DNA from: Deltaproteobacteria bacterium
GTDB taxonomy: Bacteria; SAR324; NAC60-12
NCBI GenBank assembly: GCA_018645085.1
Contig: JABGPG010000094.1
Coordinates: 1 to 45,197, forward strand
DNA length: 45,197 nt
Direction: 5' to 3'
Shown: in pieces, positions 38,893 to 45,197 of the stretch
How the letters are laid out: each line of letters begins with the position of its first letter
How positions within the stretch are numbered: the stretch's first letter is position 1
Program-made: the position numbers and the translations under genes
The notes under the pieces: model-generated
What the model was told of the DNA's origin: nothing
The model's database searches: none
What the model saw: the letters and a program-made list of their open reading frames with translations, nothing else

Positions 38893-39621
38893 ATGAAATT
38901 AACACTTGATAAGCCGTTACAGATTCGAGTCCAGGAAGCAATCATAGATATGATCAGGGATGAAAGTTTGCTTCCCGGGGATCAACTTCCTACCGAAAGT
39001 GAACTTTACAAACGCTTTGGTGTAGGACGTTCAACAGTCAGGGAATCATTGGCAAACTTGGTTCAGCAAGGTGTTTTACTCAAAATGCAGGGAAAAGGCA
39101 CTTTCATCCGTTCAGTTCCAGTCAGAGTAAAAAACGGATTGGATCAGTTGTTTTCTGTTACAGAAAACATCAAGGCTGTAGGCGCTGTTCCTTCCACCAG
39201 TCGGATAAATGTAAAAACCATTCCTGCCGGTGAATTGTCAGACAAGCTCAGTATTGGAGCTAAAGATCCTTGCGTCTGGGTGGAGCGTGTACGGCGGGCA
39301 AATGATGAAATAGCTGCATATTGCATTGATATAATACCTAAAAGTATATTTTCAGACAATATTGACAAAATTGATTATAAAGGTTCTCTTTTTGATCTAC
39401 TGGCACAAAACGGCCATCTAGTTTCCCACTCAGAAAGTACACTTCGGCCGACAATGTTAACTAAGAGAGACTTTCCTGAAATGAAGGATAGCGTAGGATT
39501 ATTTCTGTTGCTGGAAGAAATATTCTTTGATATCAGCGGAATACCAGTCTGTTACAGTAATGACTATTACAGCTCAAATGTGTTTGATTTTAAAATTATA
39601 CGCAAACGACAATTAGGTTAG
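38893..39621 (+). CDS. GntR-family transcriptional regulator, HutC subfamily (wHTH + UTRA)
   Basis: The wHTH reads LPTESELYKRFGVGRSTVRESLANLVQQGVL. The remaining ~170 aa fit a UTRA-type effector domain in size and pattern. Confidence 0.88.
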   Translation: MKLTLDKPLQIRVQEAIIDMIRDESLLPGDQLPTESELYKRFGVGRSTVRESLANLVQQGVLLKMQGKGTFIRSVPVRVKNGLDQLFSVTENIKAVGAVPSTSRINVKTIPAGELSDKLSIGAKDPCVWVERVRRANDEIAAYCIDIIPKSIFSDNIDKIDYKGSLFDLLAQNGHLVSHSESTLRPTMLTKRDFPEMKDSVGLFLLLEEIFFDISGIPVCYSNDYYSSNVFDFKIIRKRQLG

Positions 39622-39634
39622 TAAAGGGAATCAT

Positions 39635-40891
39635 ATGGCTTACAGGATATTAACAATAGCGGAAATTCCCAAGTATCTGGGTTCGCTTGAAGAAATGCAG
39701 AAAATCTTTACGGATTTTAACAACCTTGAAGTAGAAGAGGTAGGTGACGGAAATTTGAATTATGTTTTTCTGATAAAAAACTCAAAAAACCCGCAAGAGA
39801 CTGTTGTACTCAAGCAGGCTGTACCATATTTAAGAGTTGTAGGAGAATCCTGGCCGCTTAAAAGAGAACGCATGACAATTGAAATCATGGCTCTGCAAAA
39901 AGAAATAGAACTCTGTCCACAACATGTACCGGAAGTCTATTATGGAAGCCATGAGATGTCTCTGGTAATTATGGAGAATTTGTCTGCTCACAAGGTATTA
40001 CGAGGTGAAATTATTCAGGGAAAAGTTTTCCGTAATTTTGCAGAACACATCAGCACTTTTATGGCGGAAGTATTATTTAAAACATCAGATTTATGTCTTG
40101 ATCACCAGACAAAGAAAGAAATGGTTAGCAAGTATATAAATTATGATCTATGCAAGATAACAGAGGATTTTGTATTCACCACGCCATATGAGAAACATGA
40201 AACTAACGTATATAATCCGGAACTAACAGAAGAAGATCTCAACTTTATTCAGCAGGATCGCGATTTAAAAATTGCAGTAGCGGAAATGAAATACAAGTTC
40301 ATGAACAATGCTGAATCTCTGCTGCACGGTGACTTACATATCGGTAGTATAATGGTCAATGAAAATGAGACCTATGTAATTGACCCCGAATTTGCTTTTT
40401 ATGGTCCGATGGGATTTGATGTTGGCGCACTCATAGGAAACTTGCTCATGTCCTATTTTTCGCATGAGCACCGTCAACAACTATTAGGACGTGAACCGTA
40501 CGATTACCGGAAATGGCTGTTGGATACAATTGAGTCGGTTTGGATTAAATTTGCTGAGAAGTTTGAAGCATTGTGGATTGAAGAACAATTAAGAAATCCT
40601 CAACTTGCCTGGAATTACCCTGAAGGAGAGCAGCATTTTAAAGTTCTACGGGAGCGCTTCATTGCCCGGCTTTTTAGTGATACTGTGGGATTTGCTGCCT
40701 GCAAGATGATGCGGCGGATACTGGGTCTAGCAAAAGTTGCGGATATTGCAGAAATCGAGAATTTGCAGGAACGAGCGAGGATAGAACGTATGACTCTTAA
40801 ACTCGGAAAACAAATGGTGATTGAGCGCGACAGCATTAAGGATATTGCTGAAGTTCTTAATTTAGCTAAAGAGCTTTCCCCGCTGGTTTAG
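39635..40891 (+). CDS. mtnK: S-methyl-5-thioribose kinase family protein
   Basis: EVGDGNLNYVF, KQAVPYLRVVGESWPL and HGDLHIGSIM closely match MtnK hallmarks. The gene starts 13 nt after the gntR stop. Confidence 0.9.
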   Translation: MAYRILTIAEIPKYLGSLEEMQKIFTDFNNLEVEEVGDGNLNYVFLIKNSKNPQETVVLKQAVPYLRVVGESWPLKRERMTIEIMALQKEIELCPQHVPEVYYGSHEMSLVIMENLSAHKVLRGEIIQGKVFRNFAEHISTFMAEVLFKTSDLCLDHQTKKEMVSKYINYDLCKITEDFVFTTPYEKHETNVYNPELTEEDLNFIQQDRDLKIAVAEMKYKFMNNAESLLHGDLHIGSIMVNENETYVIDPEFAFYGPMGFDVGALIGNLLMSYFSHEHRQQLLGREPYDYRKWLLDTIESVWIKFAEKFEALWIEEQLRNPQLAWNYPEGEQHFKVLRERFIARLFSDTVGFAACKMMRRILGLAKVADIAEIENLQERARIERMTLKLGKQMVIERDSIKDIAEVLNLAKELSPLV

Positions 40892-40955
40892 TACTTTTGA
40901 AATCGTGATGCTTAAATTTTCATATTTAAGTTGTCTGATAAATTTGTAATTTACT

Positions 40956-42476
40956 ATGTCAATTAAATCAATAGTCGAAGTAAAAAACATTGGAAAGTCT
41001 TTTGGTGCTACCCGCGCACTGAATGATGTGTCCTTTGAATTTAATCCTGGAGAAATCTTTGCACTGGTCGGTGCAAACGGAGCAGGTAAATCTACCTTAA
41101 TTAAGATAATTTGCGGATATTATTCAGACTATGAAGGACAAATTCTTGTAGAAGGCAAAGAAGTAAATTTCAGCAGCCCACACGATGCTTACAGCAATGG
41201 CATACAAACAGTGCATCAGATTATCAATCAAAGTGTGGTTCAAAACATGACGGTGGCTGAGAATTTAGCTTTGGAGGAGTTGTTATCCTCTGAGCAGTCT
41301 TTTTTCTACAAGCGGCAGGCTATCAAGGATAGAGCAATTACCATTGCGGAAAAAATGGATTTGCATTTTCCGGATTTAGATATGCCTGTGGGCTTGCTGA
41401 GTCAAAGTGAGCGGCAGATGATTGCAATTGCACGTGCCTTAGCATCTGAGCCTAAATTGTTGATCTTGGATGAACCAACTTCATCGATTTCCGACAAAGA
41501 AACTGAGCGTCTTTTTGCAATCCTGGTACAACTTCGGAAAATGGGTGTTGCAATACTTTATGTGTCGCATAGATTGCATGAAATTGAACGAATTGCGGAC
41601 AGAGTAGGTGTGGTGCGTGATGGAGCACAGGGTGAAACTTTGGAAAGACCATTCGATGTAAAACGCATTGTGACAGCAATGGTAGGTGAGATCAAAAAGC
41701 ATAAAGTCCTTGATAGCGGAACTGAAAAAAAATATCCGAAAGTTAAATTGGAACTGCGGAATTATGTCATCGAAGAGGGAGGTTCTCCGATAAACTTGAA
41801 AGTTTATGAGGGCGAAATCCTGGGTATTACGGGTTTGATTGGTGCCGGAAAGTCAGAGTTGGCTTTGGCCATGTTTGGAGTGACAACTCCCTTCAGTGGT
41901 GAAATGTTCATTGACGGTCAACTTGTAAAACCAAAAACTATTGCTGAGGCAATCCAGAAAGGTGTTTTTCTGGTTCCGGAAGATCGTAACAATAATGCAG
42001 TCATTCCTGAATTTACAATCCAGCAAAATATCACCCTTCCTTTTTTGCAGTCATTTAGTAAATTTGGTTTTTTAAAAGTTGCAAAAGAGCAGCAGTCTGC
42101 AAAGCGGATGGTTGAATCCATGGGCATCAAGTGCTCGGGAGAACAGGCATTGATTGAAAGTTTATCCGGCGGAAATCAGCAAAAAGTTATTGTTGCCAGA
42201 TGGTTGTTAATGGATAACCACGTACTGATTCTGGACGAACCATTTCAGGGTGTGGATGTTAAATCACGTCATGATATCAGTATGTATCTTGGAAAACATT
42301 CAGGCAAAAGGGCTACGATTCTCATTGCTGCTGATTTAGATGAAGTCTTGGAAGCAGCTGATCGTATAATTGTCTTAAATCATGGGCAAATTGCAGGAGA
42401 GCAACTTGCGGATAAAGTAGACCGTGGAGAATTGCTGCATTGGATATCCCAGGCAGAACCAGTTTCAGTATCTTAA
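40956..42476 (+). CDS. CUT2-type sugar ABC transporter ATP-binding protein (two fused NBDs)
   Basis: First NBD: GANGAGKST, LSQSERQMIAIARAL, LLILDEPTSS. Second NBD: GLIGAGKSE, LSGGNQQKVIVARWL, VLILDEPFQGVD. Confidence 0.9.
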   Translation: MSIKSIVEVKNIGKSFGATRALNDVSFEFNPGEIFALVGANGAGKSTLIKIICGYYSDYEGQILVEGKEVNFSSPHDAYSNGIQTVHQIINQSVVQNMTVAENLALEELLSSEQSFFYKRQAIKDRAITIAEKMDLHFPDLDMPVGLLSQSERQMIAIARALASEPKLLILDEPTSSISDKETERLFAILVQLRKMGVAILYVSHRLHEIERIADRVGVVRDGAQGETLERPFDVKRIVTAMVGEIKKHKVLDSGTEKKYPKVKLELRNYVIEEGGSPINLKVYEGEILGITGLIGAGKSELALAMFGVTTPFSGEMFIDGQLVKPKTIAEAIQKGVFLVPEDRNNNAVIPEFTIQQNITLPFLQSFSKFGFLKVAKEQQSAKRMVESMGIKCSGEQALIESLSGGNQQKVIVARWLLMDNHVLILDEPFQGVDVKSRHDISMYLGKHSGKRATILIAADLDEVLEAADRIIVLNHGQIAGEQLADKVDRGELLHWISQAEPVSVS

Positions 42477-42488
42477 AGAATAATCTAT

Positions 42489-43469
42489 ATGGAAAAAATC
42501 ACTGCGTTTTCAATAAAATATGGTTTCCTGATTGTTATGGGAGGCTCTTATCTGTTTTTTGGACTTGCTCAGCCGGCGTTCTGGAGTTGGTCCAACATGT
42601 TTTCGATTTTGCTTGGTGTGACGGTTTACGCAATTCTTGCGATGGGCATTACTTTTACACTTGTCATTGACGGACTGGATTTATCGGTTGGCGCAGTTGC
42701 AGCGATGTCTGTAATGATTGCTTCTTACACCATGGTTGTCATGGATTTAGGAGGCGTGGTCGCATTTATTGTCTGTCTTTTATTAGGTGCGTTATTAGGA
42801 TTAATTAATGGACTTTTGATCGTCAGGATAAAAATTCCTGATTTGTTGGCAACCCTGGGGATGATGTTTCTAATACAAGGTTTACAACTTATTCCTTCTG
42901 GTGGACGTTCTATTGGCACAGGAATGATGCTGGAAAATGGTGAAGAAGCAGAGGGAATGTTTTCAGAAGGATTTCTTTATTTAGGCCAGGGCAGGCTATT
43001 TGGTATGGTACCTATTCCTGTTATCTTTATGATTGTAATGGCAATAATAGTTTACTTGATTCTAGATCACACTAGATGGGGGCGTGTTTTATATGCCATC
43101 GGCGGCAACCCTGAAGCCGCAAGGCTGGCAGGTGCCAATGTTGATCGATACAAGATAATGGCTTATGTTGCCTCCGGAACTATCAGTGCGCTGGGAGGTA
43201 TTTTACTAGCAGCACGTGTTGGTCGTGGTGATGTTTCTTCAGGCAGTGGATTATTGCTGGATGCGGTAGGTGCGGCCTTGATTGGTTTTGCTGTATTGGG
43301 AGTTAGGCGGCCAAATCCATTTGGTACAGTTGTCGGAGCAATTTTTGTAGGTATGTTACTGAATGGACTGACAATGTTGAATATGCCGTATTATACACAG
43401 GATTTTATTAAAGGTATTGTTTTGGTAGCCTCACTTGCTTTTACTTTTGGCTTAGCCAGAAAAAAGTGA
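42489..43469 (+). CDS. CUT2-type (RbsC-like) ABC permease
   Basis: It is a polytopic protein. It carries the typical GITFTLVIDGLDLSVGAV segment. Confidence 0.88.
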   Translation: MEKITAFSIKYGFLIVMGGSYLFFGLAQPAFWSWSNMFSILLGVTVYAILAMGITFTLVIDGLDLSVGAVAAMSVMIASYTMVVMDLGGVVAFIVCLLLGALLGLINGLLIVRIKIPDLLATLGMMFLIQGLQLIPSGGRSIGTGMMLENGEEAEGMFSEGFLYLGQGRLFGMVPIPVIFMIVMAIIVYLILDHTRWGRVLYAIGGNPEAARLAGANVDRYKIMAYVASGTISALGGILLAARVGRGDVSSGSGLLLDAVGAALIGFAVLGVRRPNPFGTVVGAIFVGMLLNGLTMLNMPYYTQDFIKGIVLVASLAFTFGLARKK

Positions 43470-43526
43470 ATTAGCTTTGTTAAAAATTTTAAAATGCTAT
43501 GAAGATGCAGGTTTTCTAAAAGTTGT

Positions 43527-43549
43527 AATTGTTGTGAGACACAATAATT
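43527..43549. promoter_or_regulatory. Imperfect 10-3-10 inverted repeat AATTGTTGTG-AGA-CACAATAATT
   Basis: Direct read shows 9 of 10 arm positions complementary. It lies in the 233-nt gap between the permease and binding-protein genes. Confidence 0.35.
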
Positions 43550-43702
43550 GATCTTTCAGGATTAATGTATTTTTTCGTAGATTTCTTGTAAATCATCAAA
43601 TCAAAGAAGGAGGTCAGTAAAAATAATGAAGATTAAAATTTCCTGCTGTTTCCGGTATTTGCTGGAGACAGAAACTTAATATTAACAATAAAAAAGGTGT
43701 TT

Positions 43703-44749
43703 ATGAAAAAGATAATTTCTACGCTGGCTGGATTAGCTATGTTAACAGGCAGTTTATTTGCAGCAGGTTTGCCTGGAGCTCCTGCTCCATTTAATGGTTC
43801 AAAACAAATACATATTGCTCTCATCCGCCAGATGGTGGAAGGCGAATTTATGCAGATGTACCGTGCAGGTGCGCAAAGACAAGCCGATTTGATGGGCGTC
43901 AAGCTTACCATTTTTGGTAAAAACATGGACAATCAGGCACAGGCCAACTTCATTTATCAAGCAATCAACATGAAGGTGGACGGAATTGTGATTGATCACG
44001 GTCTCTCAGAAACAATGATGAAGCCTGCTCAGGATGCTTTGGCTGCAGGAATTCCTGTTGTTGCATTTGACGTTGACCTCAAGAATCCTGAAATTGTACA
44101 AATCGCGCAAAACGATCACTTGCTCGGACGTATGGCTCTTCAGGCAATGGTTGCAGATTTCAATGGAAAAGCGAATGTCGGTTATATCTATGTTGCCGGA
44201 ATATTGCCTTTGGATAAGCGTGATGAAAGTTTCACACAAGTAAAAAAAGAGTATCCGACTCTGAAAGAAATTGTTCGAACAGGTACTTTGGAATCACCGT
44301 TCTCAGTAAAAAATGCTGATCAGGTAAAAGCTGTTTTACGTGCGAATCCAAATATCAACGCTTATTTCGCGCCTTTTGATGAGTTTGCAAAAGGAGTGGT
44401 TATGGCTTTGAACGAAACCAATATGACAGACAAAGTCAAAGTATACAGCGCTGATATATCCACTCAGGATATTCAGTTAATGACCAAACCGAACAGTCCT
44501 TGGGCTGCTACTGCTGCTACTAATCCTGCAGCAATTGGTGCTGTGAGTGTACGTGCTGTTGCTCTGCGTATTGCAAAGCAGAAAGTTGAACATGATCTCT
44601 ACATCCCACCAATGCTTTTCACCAGTAAAAGCCTCAATGATGCAGGTGTAAAAACAATGACTCAACTACGTAAAAAATTCCCGAAGTTCAACCATGTTGA
44701 TGTGGCTACTGCTTCGTGGATTCCAGTAGACAAAAAAGGGATGTTCTAA
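43703..44749 (+). CDS. Periplasmic sugar-binding protein (RbsB-like, type I PBP) of the CUT2 importer
   Basis: A signal peptide is present (MKKIISTLAGLAMLTGSLFA/AG). The fold pattern is RbsB-like (IALIRQ.., GIVIDHG, PVVAFD). I prefer ATG 43703 to the GTG at 43697. Confidence 0.85.
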   Translation: MKKIISTLAGLAMLTGSLFAAGLPGAPAPFNGSKQIHIALIRQMVEGEFMQMYRAGAQRQADLMGVKLTIFGKNMDNQAQANFIYQAINMKVDGIVIDHGLSETMMKPAQDALAAGIPVVAFDVDLKNPEIVQIAQNDHLLGRMALQAMVADFNGKANVGYIYVAGILPLDKRDESFTQVKKEYPTLKEIVRTGTLESPFSVKNADQVKAVLRANPNINAYFAPFDEFAKGVVMALNETNMTDKVKVYSADISTQDIQLMTKPNSPWAATAATNPAAIGAVSVRAVALRIAKQKVEHDLYIPPMLFTSKSLNDAGVKTMTQLRKKFPKFNHVDVATASWIPVDKKGMF

Positions 44750-44772
44750 AAAACGTTTCATTTTTGTAAATT

Positions 44773-44813
44773 TCCCCTTCCCAAAATTCTGTTGCCAGGG
44801 CGGGGGATTTTTT
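44773..44813 (+). terminator. Rho-independent terminator after the binding-protein gene
   Basis: The stem pairs TCCCCTTCCC with GGGCGGGGGA: 10 positions, with one G-U and one mismatch. The loop is 15 nt and is followed by TTTTTT (44808-44813). The structure begins 24 nt after the stop. Confidence 0.75.
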
Positions 44814-44866
44814 AAAAAGACCGAATACTATCATTAATATCAAGACTGGATTTAATTAAGGACATA

Positions 44867-45197
44867 GTGGAAAAAAATCATCTTTCTGAACAAGACTCTT
44901 CCGTTTCCGGGAATTCCGGAATTCCGCAAACCCTCCGCTGGAGTGCAGGAGAACTATATTTGCTCGATCAAACTAAGCTGCCGCTCGAAGTTGTTGAAGA
45001 AAAACAGGAATCGGTTGAGCAAGTTTGGCATTCGATCAAACAATTAAAAGTACGTGGTGCACCTGCGATCGGCGTAGCAGCAGCTTATGGACTGCTGATA
45101 GGTGTTCGTGAACAGACTGCAATGAATTTAAGCGAATATTTGCAGGAAGTTGAAAACAAAGCAGCATATCTGGACAGTGCCAGACCCACCGCTGTTA
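44867..45197 (+). CDS. mtnA: S-methyl-5-thioribose-1-phosphate isomerase family protein, 3'-truncated by the window edge
   Basis: The frame is open from GTG 44867 to the window end, so it is absent from the track because it has no stop. The translation ..LRWSAGELYLLDQTKLPLEVVEEKQESVEQVWHSIKQLKVRGAPAIGVAAAYG.. matches the MtnA/eIF-2B-like N-terminus. Confidence 0.88.
   Translation, partial: MEKNHLSEQDSSVSGNSGIPQTLRWSAGELYLLDQTKLPLEVVEEKQESVEQVWHSIKQLKVRGAPAIGVAAAYGLLIGVREQTAMNLSEYLQEVENKAAYLDSARPTAV

Noticed and set aside
44910-44925. Tandem palindromic GGAATTCC-GGAATTCC
   Set aside because: It lies inside the mtnA coding sequence (..GNSGIP..). It is short and has no flanking structure, so it is most likely coincidental.

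Overview
This 45.2-kb window is moderately AT-rich and tightly packed. It looks like core chromosome from a diderm bacterium, given lipoproteins, PBP3 and a DegP-like protease; I cannot assign a taxon by eye. I support 35 protein-coding genes. I saw no rRNA, tRNA, CRISPR array, IS or transposase, or integrase. Left to right the genes are: a 5'-truncated MORN-repeat lipoprotein that the supplied ORF track misses; a BMP-family ABC importer (binding protein, double-NBD ATPase, two permeases); proS; a divergent PRPP-synthetase paralogue; trkA; a small lipoprotein; ftsA-ftsZ, where FtsZ carries a roughly 260-aa acidic linker; two translationally coupled membrane FHA-domain proteins; a minus-strand operon (DUF4340-like, RluA-family synthase, phosphohexomutase, 548-aa exported protein); acnA; a lone HNH nuclease; serC; an HtrA-like protease; an SDR; pdxA; ftsL-ftsI; a beta-oxidation block (long acyl-CoA dehydrogenase, fadB, fadA); pyk; and a GntR/HutC-headed cluster (mtnK, a ribose-type CUT2 ABC importer, 5' part of mtnA). 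Most of this is ordinary housekeeping. The best candidate for something undescribed is the kinase-less FHA pair just downstream of ftsZ, because both proteins appear to lack the canonical phosphothreonine-binding Arg and Ser. Second is the regulator, importer, mtnK and mtnA cluster, which may be methionine salvage or a DHAP-shunt-type route, together with its operator-like palindromes and an odd 233-nt internal gap. All functional calls come from by-eye motif recognition. No searches were run.
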